64,000 nt of DNA from the NCBI GenBank assembly GCA_028715015.1, contig JAQTLF010000001.1, positions 29,243 through 93,242 of the forward strand. Direction: 5' to 3'. This document shows, piece after piece, positions 47,015 to 56,732 of the stretch (position 1 is the stretch's first letter; each line of letters begins with the position of its first letter). The DNA is from Candidatus Moraniibacteriota bacterium (GTDB lineage: Bacteria; Patescibacteriota; Minisyncoccia; Moranbacterales; GWC2-37-73). The notes under the pieces are model-generated. The model had not been told where the DNA came from. It did no database searches and worked only from the letters and a program-made list of their open reading frames with translations. A program made the position numbers and the translations under genes.

Positions 47015-47812
47015 TTAATTCAGCAATTCCTTCACACGCCGGGCAAGATCACTGGGAACCAATTGGGTTTTTTCATAAAACTCACTTATTCCCAAATCCC
47101 GCACCGGCTTGATATCCTCTTCGATCAATGAGGCGGAAAGCACGATGATCGGAATATTGTTTTTTGTCTCATCCAACCTTATACGTTTAATGATCTCATC
47201 GCCGCCCATAGCCGGCATGACCATGTCGGTAATGATCAGATCAAAATCTTTTTCTGCTGCCAATTTGCTTCCCCAGGCACCATTCTTGGCATATTCAACA
47301 ACATAGCCTTCGCTTTCAAGTTTTTTTCCAAACATCTCCAGAAAAATTTCCTCGTCTTCAATAAAAAGAATCTTTTTGCCAGTCGAGGCATTGTCTTCAG
47401 ATGAAATGTTGAGTCGCGCTTTGTTTTTTTTCTGTTCTTCATATTCATTCAAAAGTCGCTGCACCACCCCGACCAATTCGGAAGGACTATATTCTGTTTT
47501 GCCGATAAAATCATTGGCGCCATTTTTTCTGGCCTCAACTTCATGTTCGGTCTTGTTCAAGTTGCTGAAAACAACAACTTTCAAATCGCTTTTATATTCC
47601 GTGTTGCCTCGCAATTCTTTCAAAACATCCATCCCGCTCATTTCAGGCAGCACCATATCCAACAGAATTAGGTCAAAATTGCCTTCTAGTGCATATTTCA
47701 AAACTTCTTTTCCTGTGACAGCATTAACAACCTCAAAGCCAGCCGCTTCAAATTTCTTCGTATATATCTCAGCAATCATCTGGTCATCCTCAACCAGCAT
47801 TATTTTGGCCAT
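47015..47812 (-). CDS. response regulator with two tandem receiver domains and no output domain (start refined to MAKIMLVEDD)
   Basis: two REC domains with phospho-acceptor Asp contexts (LILLDMVLPEMSG; LIITDMVMPAMGG). Confidence 0.85.
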   Translation of the reverse strand: MAKIMLVEDDQMIAEIYTKKFEAAGFEVVNAVTGKEVLKYALEGNFDLILLDMVLPEMSGMDVLKELRGNTEYKSDLKVVVFSNLNKTEHEVEARKNGANDFIGKTEYSPSELVGVVQRLLNEYEEQKKNKARLNISSEDNASTGKKILFIEDEEIFLEMFGKKLESEGYVVEYAKNGAWGSKLAAEKDFDLIITDMVMPAMGGDEIIKRIRLDETKNNIPIIVLSASLIEEDIKPVRDLGISEFYEKTQLVPSDLARRVKELLN

Positions 47813-47883
47813 AATAGTCATTTTTTGTTTAAATATACCACATAACAAGTATACCGAGAGCAAAGAAAAAAAGCAATAATTTC

Positions 47884-47914
47884 AAAAAAAAATACCAATT
47901 TTAAAAAATTGGTA
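47884..47914 (-). terminator. hairpin / terminator-like element
   Basis: TACCAATTttaaaaAATTGGTA followed by a T-run on the minus strand. Confidence 0.35.
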
Positions 47915-48087
47915 TGAATATGGTTATTTCTACAATGCTTAATTCTAAATTTACCATCTTATAAAGATTTCTTTGTAAATCAGACTAAAATTCGCCTAAC
48001 TACATTTGACTTATATTTAAGCTTTATGTTTAAATACAATACTGGAATCAAAGTATTCCAAATATCCCAAAATGGAGGTTCTTTAAA

Positions 48088-48387
48088 ATGAAAAGTATGC
48101 TAATAGTTATTGTTTCGTTTTCTCTCTTTGCGTGTACAAACATATTTGATCGCACTACTAAAGGTTTAGTTCAGGCGATTGGCAAAAACAGTGTCACTTT
48201 ATCTACAGAAAAAGAATTAGTATCCATAGAAAATATTGAAAACTTGGAAGCATATCAGACTGAACTTGCAAATTTCAAAAAATCAAATCGACAAATTGTA
48301 ATTTATTACTACGAGCAACGAACTCGTAAAATTTCAACAGGAGATGATACATGGTACAAAACAATAACAAAAATTGTTAAAAAATAA
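48088..48387 (+). CDS. small predicted lipoprotein
   Basis: GGAGG SD; signal peptide with lipobox LFAC; 99 aa. Confidence 0.55.
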   Translation: MKSMLIVIVSFSLFACTNIFDRTTKGLVQAIGKNSVTLSTEKELVSIENIENLEAYQTELANFKKSNRQIVIYYYEQRTRKISTGDDTWYKTITKIVKK

Positions 48388-48497
48388 TCAGTATCAATTG
48401 AATTGGCCATTCCTAGCTTTGGGGTGGCCTTTTTACTTAAAAATTTCAAAAAGACCATACGACTAAATAAGCATTTGAGCCATTAAGCCAAAAAAAA

Positions 48498-48821
48498 TTA
48501 TTTTTTAAACAACTTTCCAAAAAAAATTGTTATTTCTCCAACTAGACGTGGTGAGAAAAATGCCAAAAATAACCATACCAGGACAAAAAGGATGTTTATT
48601 TTAATAATTCCATATAGACCAATTAAAAACAACACTAGCATCATAACCTTGCGACTTGAGTCGACTGGTAACCACGAACTAAGTATAGCCCCAGCAAGTT
48701 GAGATTTTAATTGTTCAAATTTAGCCTTCTCTTGGTCTGTTAAATTCAAATCTTTGTTTTTTAATGCTTCATCAATTTTAAGAAATGTTGTCTTTAATTG
48801 GTCGTGTTGATTTTTATTCAT
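48498..48821 (-). CDS. hypothetical small membrane protein
   Basis: 107 aa; soluble N-terminus plus two TM helices. Confidence 0.45.
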   Translation of the reverse strand: MNKNQHDQLKTTFLKIDEALKNKDLNLTDQEKAKFEQLKSQLAGAILSSWLPVDSSRKVMMLVLFLIGLYGIIKINILFVLVWLFLAFFSPRLVGEITIFFGKLFKK

Positions 48822-48973
48822 ATCATTTGTTTAAAAATAATCTTGCTTAACTTATGAGTTGCATATTTCTTGCTTTACAATATGCTAAATACATTATCAC
48901 ATTCTAATGCATAAATAACATAACAAAAGTTATCCATTATCAAAACTTTGTGCAAAATTGCGGGTTTGTATTT

Positions 48974-49846
48974 TCAGTATTTTTTAATTTTTTCCAAAAC
49001 CTCATCAATGATCCATTTCGGTGTTGATGCTCCGGCGGTTATGGCTACCTTTTTGCAGCCAGCAAACCACTGGCTTTTGAGCTCGGAAGCCCTTTGGATA
49101 AAGTAAGAGGCAGGATTGACCCTTTGAGAAATTTCCCAAAGACGTGTTGAATTGGCGCTTTCAGGAGATCCAATAGCAATGATGACATCATTTTTTTCAG
49201 CCAATTGTTTTATTTCCGTTTGGCGATGATGAGTGGTCAGACAGATCGAATCAATAACTTCAGCCTGCGGATATTTTTTGGAAATCTGCGCAGCCGCGCG
49301 ATCAACAAATTCTTGATCCTGCGTAGTTTGCGAAATGACCGCAATTTTTTTGCCAGGATCAACATCAAAACCGCACAGATCCTCATCTGTTTCAATAAAA
49401 ATGGCTTTTTTGTTGGCCCATTCATAAATGCCTTTTACTTCCTTATGATTTTTTTCACCGATAATCACGATCTGCGTGTTTCTGTCAAAAAAAGCCTTGG
49501 CCAACCTCTGGACTTTGATCACGCGTGGACAAGTCGTGTCCACCAAATCAACTTTGTGTTTCTTGGCAAGCTCATAGATCTTTGGCCCGATGCCGTGGGC
49601 AGTGATGACCAATGTTCCCACTTCGTTTTTTATTTTTTCGAAAAAGTCTTCCAGCGGACCTTCCACGTGGATTTTTTGCACTCCCATCTTTTCAATTTTT
49701 GCCACCACGTCGTCATTGTGCACTAAAGAACCCAACACAAAAATCGGCCGCTTCACCAGCGGATCTTTGGCGATTTTTTCCACAATGTCATATGCCCTTT
49801 CCACACCTTCGCAGAAGCCCGCATACTGGCTTAATGTAATTTCCAT
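48974..49846 (-). CDS. ispH: 4-hydroxy-3-methylbut-2-enyl diphosphate reductase
   Basis: AGFCEGVERA N-terminal Cys motif; three-Cys LytB architecture. Confidence 0.9.
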   Translation of the reverse strand: MEITLSQYAGFCEGVERAYDIVEKIAKDPLVKRPIFVLGSLVHNDDVVAKIEKMGVQKIHVEGPLEDFFEKIKNEVGTLVITAHGIGPKIYELAKKHKVDLVDTTCPRVIKVQRLAKAFFDRNTQIVIIGEKNHKEVKGIYEWANKKAIFIETDEDLCGFDVDPGKKIAVISQTTQDQEFVDRAAAQISKKYPQAEVIDSICLTTHHRQTEIKQLAEKNDVIIAIGSPESANSTRLWEISQRVNPASYFIQRASELKSQWFAGCKKVAITAGASTPKWIIDEVLEKIKKY

Positions 49847-49859
49847 TTGGCAATTATAG

Positions 49860-51101
49860 CTATTTGTTCAACATTTGCAATAGAGCTTCAACTGTCATGA
49901 TTTTGCTTTCGTTTTCGCTGCGTTTTTTCACTTCAATTCCGCCAGCCGCCAAAGATTTTTTGCTCACCACAATGCGCCATGGGATTCCGATCAGGTCACT
50001 GTCGGCAAATTTTTCTCCGGCGCTTACCTCGCGATCATCAAGCAAAACTTCAATTCCTTTGCTTTTTAGTTCAGCATAAATCTTTTCCGCTTCCTCGTTT
50101 TCACCAAGATTCAAAAGATGCACTGCAAACGGAGCAATGTTTTCAGGCCACACCAGACCTTTGTCATCAGCAAACAGCTCCGCAACAACACCCATCAGAC
50201 GACTGACACCGATTCCATAACAACCCATCACAATTGATTGCTTTTCGCCATTCTCATCACTGTAATACAAATCCAATGCATTCGTATATTTGGATTCCAA
50301 ATGAAAGGTGTTTCCAACTTCAACACCTTTTTTCTGCACCAATTCATCTCGCTTAAGATCAAGCTTTTCCAAATTTTCATCAGTCAATATTTCTTCATTG
50401 ATGGCAACTCGTTTTTTTTCATCAACATAAATCGTGTCCTCACCAACTTCACTCAACGTTTGAAATTCATCACTAAAGCGAGGCGTAAAAATTCCACCAT
50501 CAGCATAAGTCCGATATGTTATATCACCCAGTCCCAATCTGTCGTAAACCTTATAATATGCTGCCACAATCTTTTCATATTCTTGCTCATGCTGAGCTTG
50601 ATCGCGACAAAATGTGTACATGTCTTTCATTAAAAATTCGCGACCGCGCAGCAATCCACTTTTGGCACGTTTTTCATTTCTGAATTTATTTTGAATCTGA
50701 TATACCGCAAATGGCATATCCTTATATGAATTCAGATAGTTGCTGACCGCATCAACAATCGGTTCTTCATGAGTGAGTCCCACTCCCAGTTCCGCACCGT
50801 TGGCAAGCTTGGTTTTGAACCAATTGTCGACTTTGGCATCATCCCAACGATCTGTCTTTTCCCAGATCTCTTTTGGCTGCAAAGTTGTCATCATGAGCTC
50901 TTGCCCACCGACAGCATTCATTTCTTCGCGCACAATTTTTTTGATATTTTCCAATACACGCAAGCCTAGTGGCATGTAAGCATATACGCCCGCCATTTCC
51001 TTGTGAATAAAACCAGCCCTAATCAAGAGCTGCGCATTTTTGGCAACCTCATCAGATGGCGCTTCTTTTTTAGTCCTGGTGAATAATTGTGATTGTTTCA
51101 T
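49860..51101 (-). CDS. proS: prolyl-tRNA synthetase (compact, 413 aa, no editing domain)
   Basis: LLIRAGFIHKEMAGVYAYMPLGLRVLENIKKIVREEMN class II ProRS N-terminus. Confidence 0.8.
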   Translation of the reverse strand: MKQSQLFTRTKKEAPSDEVAKNAQLLIRAGFIHKEMAGVYAYMPLGLRVLENIKKIVREEMNAVGGQELMMTTLQPKEIWEKTDRWDDAKVDNWFKTKLANGAELGVGLTHEEPIVDAVSNYLNSYKDMPFAVYQIQNKFRNEKRAKSGLLRGREFLMKDMYTFCRDQAQHEQEYEKIVAAYYKVYDRLGLGDITYRTYADGGIFTPRFSDEFQTLSEVGEDTIYVDEKKRVAINEEILTDENLEKLDLKRDELVQKKGVEVGNTFHLESKYTNALDLYYSDENGEKQSIVMGCYGIGVSRLMGVVAELFADDKGLVWPENIAPFAVHLLNLGENEEAEKIYAELKSKGIEVLLDDREVSAGEKFADSDLIGIPWRIVVSKKSLAAGGIEVKKRSENESKIMTVEALLQMLNK

Positions 51102-51179
51102 AAAAAAAGTTTATAAAGTTATAAAGTTCGTAAAGTTTATCAAGCAATAGCAACAAATTCAAGTCTTATTGCAAACAAA

Positions 51180-51632
51180 CTAATTTTTGATTTTTTCAGC
51201 CAATTTGGCAAGCTCTGCGTCGTCAGCTCTTTGGGAATCGTGCGTCGAGATGTAACCGGGATATTTTTCAAAATATGTCTCGATGTCGGACCCTATGGCT
51301 TGCCAGTTGTCCATTTTTGTTCCATGCATCGGAAAAAGTTTGGCATGCACATGGTCAACTCCGAAACCTTCAAAAACCAACGCTGTCCTGCCCACATCTT
51401 CCAATTTTTCATCCAAAATCTTGGCCACCTCACGAGCTGCTTCCACCAATTCAACTCTAACCTCTTTGGACAAATCAAAAACATAACTTGAATAATGCTC
51501 TTTAGGAATGACAACTGTCACACCTTCAGTGTTGGGAAAAATGGAAAGAAAAGCCAAGAATTTTTCATTTTCCCAAACCTTGTGACTTGGAATTTCACCC
51601 TCGACAATTTTGCAAAAAATACAGTCCGACAT
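51180..51632 (-). CDS. HIT-family (histidine triad) hydrolase
   Basis: HVHAKLFPMHG (HxHxHxx) motif. Confidence 0.85.
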   Translation of the reverse strand: MSDCIFCKIVEGEIPSHKVWENEKFLAFLSIFPNTEGVTVVIPKEHYSSYVFDLSKEVRVELVEAAREVAKILDEKLEDVGRTALVFEGFGVDHVHAKLFPMHGTKMDNWQAIGSDIETYFEKYPGYISTHDSQRADDAELAKLAEKIKN

Positions 51633-51642
51633 AGGTTTTGTC

Positions 51643-52896
51643 TTATTTGAGAAATTTTAGTTTTACAAAGCCAAGCTTTCCTATCTTGAAAACTTTTCCG
51701 TCATGTGAAGAATCGATCATCGCATTTGTGTCAGTGATTTTCTCGCCATCAACACTGACTCCTCCTTGTTCAACCTTGCGACGCGCATCGCCCATGCTGG
51801 TTGCGTTTTTCGATTCAACCAATAATTCCAACAATTTTATTTCTTTGCCATCAATTTCAAACTCAGCAACTTCATCAGGAATTTCCTTATTGGAAATGGT
51901 TTTGACAAAATATTCTTTGGCTTTTTCCGCCACATCTTCGCCATGGTAGATCTTCACAATTTCTTTGGCCAAATCCAGTTTCGCATCGCGAGGATTCAAA
52001 ATCCCGCCAGCCATGTCAGCTTCAACTTTTTTCACAATTTCCATCGGCACGCGGGTGCAATGGATGTAATATTTCACAATCAGATCATCCCCCATGCTCA
52101 TGACTTTTCCAAACATGTCATTCGGCTGATCCATAATCTTGATCACATTTCCCCAACTGGAACTCATCTTTCTTCCATCAAGACCTTCGATCAGATTCAA
52201 CATCAACACGTCTTGCGGTTTTTGCTGATAGCGTCTTTGCAATTCGCGCCCTGCCAAAAGATTGAAACGTTGGTCGGTTCCGCCAATTTCCAAATCGGCT
52301 TTCAGCACCACGCTGTCATAACCCTGCATCAAAGGATACAAAAGTTCGCGAAGTGAAATCCTTTTTCCTTCATCCAATCTTTTTTTGATGTTTTCACGCG
52401 CAATAAATTCAGCCAAAGAAAAAACATCGGCTTGCTCGGAAATTTCTCCATAGGTCAATTTTCCCAGCCACTGCGAGTTTCTCACCACTTCCACCTTACT
52501 CATGTCCAAAATCTTTCCAGCCTGATCCATGTATGTCTTCATGTTCTCGTCCACAACTTTCTGTTCCAACATCGGACGCTCACTGTCTTTGTCTGAAGTA
52601 TCTCCAATGACACCAGTGAAATCACCGATCAAAAAAACAATTTGGTGACCCAAGTCTTGCAAGTCACGCAGTTTGAGCAGTGCCACGGCGCGACCCAAAT
52701 GTATGCTTGGGCTTGTCGGATCAGTGCCGAATTTGATGCGCAATTTCTCACCAGAAAGAAGTTTTTTTCGCAAACTCTCACAATCAATAACCTCCGCAAC
52801 ACCGCGACTCAAGATTTCATCCACAATTTGCTCTTTGGTTTTCATATTTTTAATCATTGCTTTTAGTTTAATATGGTCATATTCAAAAGAAAACAC
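51643..52896 (-). CDS. tyrS: tyrosyl-tRNA synthetase
   Basis: HIGH-like PTSPSIHLGRAV; KMSSS; C-terminal S4 domain. Confidence 0.9.
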   Translation of the reverse strand: MFSFEYDHIKLKAMIKNMKTKEQIVDEILSRGVAEVIDCESLRKKLLSGEKLRIKFGTDPTSPSIHLGRAVALLKLRDLQDLGHQIVFLIGDFTGVIGDTSDKDSERPMLEQKVVDENMKTYMDQAGKILDMSKVEVVRNSQWLGKLTYGEISEQADVFSLAEFIARENIKKRLDEGKRISLRELLYPLMQGYDSVVLKADLEIGGTDQRFNLLAGRELQRRYQQKPQDVLMLNLIEGLDGRKMSSSWGNVIKIMDQPNDMFGKVMSMGDDLIVKYYIHCTRVPMEIVKKVEADMAGGILNPRDAKLDLAKEIVKIYHGEDVAEKAKEYFVKTISNKEIPDEVAEFEIDGKEIKLLELLVESKNATSMGDARRKVEQGGVSVDGEKITDTNAMIDSSHDGKVFKIGKLGFVKLKFLK

Positions 52897-52954
52897 AAAT
52901 CGAACATAACCCGTTTAATATAGCCATAATAGCAAATTTTTGCCTTTTTGCAAA

Positions 52955-52984
52955 CCAAAACAGCCTTGATTGGCTGTTTTGGTT
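52955..52984 (-). terminator. bidirectional intrinsic terminator downstream of the histidine kinase
   Basis: AAAACAGCCttgattGGCTGTTTT. Confidence 0.65.
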
Positions 52985-53006
52985 GTTTCAAATTCATTTT
53001 TTATTT

Positions 53007-54731
53007 TCATGCCACATGCACAACTGGAATTTCAATCATAAATTTTGAACCCTGTCCGGCGCCGTCTGACTCAACCCAGATCTGACCGTGGTGGGCTTCA
53101 GCAATGGCTTTGCCCACAAAAAGACCCAGACCGGTGCCACCAACATGCAAGCGCGACACGTCTTTGCCGCGTGAAAACTTTTTGAAAAGATATGGAATTT
53201 CTTCTTTGGGAATTCCGATGCCAGTGTCGGAAACCGTGATGCGGACAACTTTTCCAAATTCTGATTTCTTTTCAGGAATCACAAATCCGTTTTCATCAAC
53301 AACAACGCCTTCATTTCTGATTTCGACGCGAACAGTCACTCCGCCTTTCTCTGTGTATTTCAAAGCGTTGTCAATGAAATTGGAAACGAGCTCGCGGATT
53401 TTAGCACCGTCCATCACGATTTCAGGAAGCGGTGTTTCGGGCAATTTCAAATCCAGATAGAATTGTTTGTTTTTGGCAATCAAAAGAAAATTGTCACGAA
53501 GTTCGCCAAGCAATTCTTTTATGCTTGCAGCCTTGAAAGAAAAAGTCATGCGACCTGACTCGATACGCGAAACATTCAGCAGATCTTCAATCAGATTTGT
53601 CAGGCGTTCGGTGGAAATGTATATTTTGTTCAAAGCTCCATGCACGCTCTCGCTGACCTCTCCATATGAACCTTCCAAAAGAAGCGAGGAAAAACCTTTG
53701 ATGGCAGTGATCGGAGTCCTGAGCTGATGAGAAGCGATCGAAATGAATTCCGTCTTAGCATTGTCCAATTTTCTCAGCGAATCATTGGCCTGCGCCAATT
53801 TGCTTGCCATAAGCTGAAGCTCTTCTTTTCTTTCAACTTCCTGTTTGACACTTCGAATAAGCGCAATTCCGATGCCGCCAACCAAAACCAAAGTGACACC
53901 AGTCAAAACATTGCTGGTCATGTTTTGCGCAAAGAAAAATTGGGAACCAACCAAAGCAACCAACGACACAACCAACGCTTGGGCACCGATAAGTTTTATC
54001 TTGAATGCGTGATATTGGACAATCAGATATGCAAGAAAACTCATGAATATTGTCATGCCGAAAAGACCATACACCTCCAAATTAAAATTATCAATCGCAC
54101 TAGACAAATAGCCAGTAATAAAAAAGGAAAACAAAAACAATTCAACCCCGACAGCCAACAACAATATCTGCTTTCTATTCCCCTTCGGTGCTTTTTTATA
54201 TCTGTCTATTATTACAGCCAAAATCCAAAAGAATATACCCAGACCCACAAGATAATAATAATTGGTAAAATATTGACCTTCTTTTGCTTCACAATTAGCG
54301 ACATCGAATCCCGACAGATTCAAATGTGATGGCGTCAATACCACCAAAGGAAGAAAAAGCAAAATGAACACGATTTTTTTGCCAACAGATATATCCTTCT
54401 TATCAATATAGACATACACAAAATACAGGCACAGCGTGAAAATCAACAAATCCAAGATTCCCAACAGGGACCAGGAAAACATAAGCACCCTGCTGTCATA
54501 TCTTGTCCAGATGGCAAGATCAAAAAAAGACCAAAGAGAGAATGCGATTGTTATTGCAAATAAAATCTTAGCAACCAGGTCTTTTTTGTTTTTAAAATAG
54601 ACAAAAAAGCCGATCAGCAATGACAAAATCGCTGTTGGCACATGTGAATAATAAACAAATTTAAGAAAATCAGCATTTTGACTTACGAAAGTAAAGCATG
54701 ATTCCAATTTTGTCACAAGGTTAAAATCCAT
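53007..54731 (-). CDS. sensor histidine kinase with an N-terminal ~7-TM sensing domain
   Basis: H-box SHQLRTPITAIKGF; N, G1 and G2 boxes (GGTGLGLFVGKAIAEAHHGQI). Confidence 0.9.
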   Translation of the reverse strand: MDFNLVTKLESCFTFVSQNADFLKFVYYSHVPTAILSLLIGFFVYFKNKKDLVAKILFAITIAFSLWSFFDLAIWTRYDSRVLMFSWSLLGILDLLIFTLCLYFVYVYIDKKDISVGKKIVFILLFLPLVVLTPSHLNLSGFDVANCEAKEGQYFTNYYYLVGLGIFFWILAVIIDRYKKAPKGNRKQILLLAVGVELFLFSFFITGYLSSAIDNFNLEVYGLFGMTIFMSFLAYLIVQYHAFKIKLIGAQALVVSLVALVGSQFFFAQNMTSNVLTGVTLVLVGGIGIALIRSVKQEVERKEELQLMASKLAQANDSLRKLDNAKTEFISIASHQLRTPITAIKGFSSLLLEGSYGEVSESVHGALNKIYISTERLTNLIEDLLNVSRIESGRMTFSFKAASIKELLGELRDNFLLIAKNKQFYLDLKLPETPLPEIVMDGAKIRELVSNFIDNALKYTEKGGVTVRVEIRNEGVVVDENGFVIPEKKSEFGKVVRITVSDTGIGIPKEEIPYLFKKFSRGKDVSRLHVGGTGLGLFVGKAIAEAHHGQIWVESDGAGQGSKFMIEIPVVHVA

Positions 54732-54748
54732 ATTTTTTATGTTTATTT

Positions 54749-55621
54749 TTATTTCTTATCAATAACGGCTAATATTTTTTCATCATATGCCCTGGCCTTC
54801 AATATGTTTTCATTGCCATCACCGTGCAATCTCACAATTATTGGCTTCAAATTGAATTCTTTGAAAACGGCGGAGAAACTTGGCAGAACTATTTCGTGAG
54901 TAAATTTGTTTTCATTTTTATTTTCCAAATAATCTTCAAACAAAATCCCAAAACAAACAAACAAGGCGAAAAATCGCTCATAATACAGCGAGGGTTTTTT
55001 ACCGTTACTTTTTATCCATTCTGATGCGTCAATTATTTGACAATCACCATCTTTCAAGAAAAAATTCAGCAATCTATGATGGAAATCTATAAAATTTTCT
55101 CCGCTCAATGTTTTCATTTCATGCAAAAAAGCGCCTTCCGATAAATTAAAATCGATAATATTTTTATTGCTCCTATTCTCACAAACATTCTTATTGCCTG
55201 ATTTGCAAAAAAAGACCATTTTGCCTAAATAATATTTATCCTCATTTTCAGCCCTGAATTTATCACTCAAATATTCCAAACAAACAGGATTCAGTCCCGC
55301 ATCCTTGGCCAAATCCAAATATCTGATTAATTCATTGTTGGGGCTTGCAATATGACGAGCCAAAACTGCTTTTGGACCATCGTGAAAACATCCAGGGATG
55401 TTCCCATTTAAATATTTTTCAACCTTTTTTCTCAATTCCTTATCATTCCATCTTTTCCAAACTTCCTCCTTTGCATCTGGCAATGCCATATACAAAGCAT
55501 CGACTGACAAAACATCCTCACTGTTGTTAATTTCATCCTTAACATCTTTTGATTCGGCAACACCGCAAGAAAAAAGTGACCTTATGGGTTTTAATAATAT
55601 ATCAATCATACAAAACATCAT
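54749..55621 (-). CDS. hypothetical protein (290 aa, no recognisable domain)
   Basis: ORF only; its start abuts the stop of the upstream gene. Confidence 0.45.
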   Translation of the reverse strand: MMFCMIDILLKPIRSLFSCGVAESKDVKDEINNSEDVLSVDALYMALPDAKEEVWKRWNDKELRKKVEKYLNGNIPGCFHDGPKAVLARHIASPNNELIRYLDLAKDAGLNPVCLEYLSDKFRAENEDKYYLGKMVFFCKSGNKNVCENRSNKNIIDFNLSEGAFLHEMKTLSGENFIDFHHRLLNFFLKDGDCQIIDASEWIKSNGKKPSLYYERFFALFVCFGILFEDYLENKNENKFTHEIVLPSFSAVFKEFNLKPIIVRLHGDGNENILKARAYDEKILAVIDKK

Positions 55622-56173
55622 TTAGAAAAATTTTATTACAGTTTCTTTCAATGTCGACACAGCGACAAATGCGATGCCCGTCCACCAAACATTTGAAACT
55701 ATGGTACTTCCCAAAAATATTTTCCAATCTCTCCTGGTCAGCCCATTGTACAAATGATATCCCGGCCTCATATATATTGAGGTTATGAGCGGATCAAAAT
55801 GAATAGAAAGAAAAAGAAACTGACCGATCTTATTTTTGTGAAAAAGCCAATACATCATCCTTTTTCCAGTTCTTCGCCAACTTTTTTTGGCAATATCTTC
55901 CTCTTGTTTGAAAAAATTCTCCACCAATTCCTTTACTGCCTCAATACCCAGCCAGTCTTTTTCCAGAAGATCATAAACCCACAAAATAAAAAGACAAATT
56001 ACAGTTGCAAGAATTCCCATCACGATCCCACCCAAAAGCGGACCATATTTATATATAACAAACGGATATAAAACATAGTCGAACGCATAGTCAAAAGAAT
56101 TGAACACAACCAACCCGATTGCCAATATTTTCAGATTAAACTTTCTTATCCATTCAAACTTCATAAGTTTCAA
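55622..56173 (-). CDS. hypothetical 4-5-TM membrane protein
   Basis: ORF only; tightly coupled to its neighbours. Confidence 0.45.
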   Translation of the reverse strand: MKLMKFEWIRKFNLKILAIGLVVFNSFDYAFDYVLYPFVIYKYGPLLGGIVMGILATVICLFILWVYDLLEKDWLGIEAVKELVENFFKQEEDIAKKSWRRTGKRMMYWLFHKNKIGQFLFLSIHFDPLITSIYMRPGYHLYNGLTRRDWKIFLGSTIVSNVWWTGIAFVAVSTLKETVIKFF

Positions 56174-56644
56174 TCATTCATTTGGGTTATTGCCACCATC
56201 CTGGGCAGCCACACATTCAGCATCATCCTCTTGGCAAGTTGCAGTTTCATCGGCAGCTGGGTGATCGATATTGTATTGCTCGGGATCGCTGCATTCCCCA
56301 TCTTTTCCGACCGTCTTTTCGTCGCAAAAAGTGGTGGCGCATTCTTTTTCTCCTTCAGGGCAAACCAGGGCCTTACAATTTTCATCAGCCGGGTCGCAAA
56401 GCGGGATGTTAGCTGCGTTTCTTTGGATAAGTTTATAGTATGAAGTGTCTTGCTCGGCGTCGCCTGTGCATGTTTCAGTGGCGGAATCACAATAATAGAT
56501 GAAACATTTTTCCGTGGTCGGATCACAATCAGCCTGTGCTTCGACCAAATAATCTTTCTTGATCATGATCCGCCAATATGTCACCCCGATAGAACCGACA
56601 ATCAAAATTCCCAAAACCCACAGCAGCAATTTGTTTTTGTTCAT
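56174..56644 (-). CDS. membrane-anchored, acidic, cysteine-rich extracytoplasmic protein
   Basis: N-terminal TM anchor; 16 Cys and high Asp/Glu content in ~125 aa. Confidence 0.5.
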   Translation of the reverse strand: MNKNKLLLWVLGILIVGSIGVTYWRIMIKKDYLVEAQADCDPTTEKCFIYYCDSATETCTGDAEQDTSYYKLIQRNAANIPLCDPADENCKALVCPEGEKECATTFCDEKTVGKDGECSDPEQYNIDHPAADETATCQEDDAECVAAQDGGNNPNE

Positions 56645-56732
56645 GCAAAAAAGTTTTAATGTTTGCTTCCATTATATCACAAAAAACATCCGCACTGAAT
56701 GGCGGATGTTTTTTGGCTGTTTTTGAAAATTT

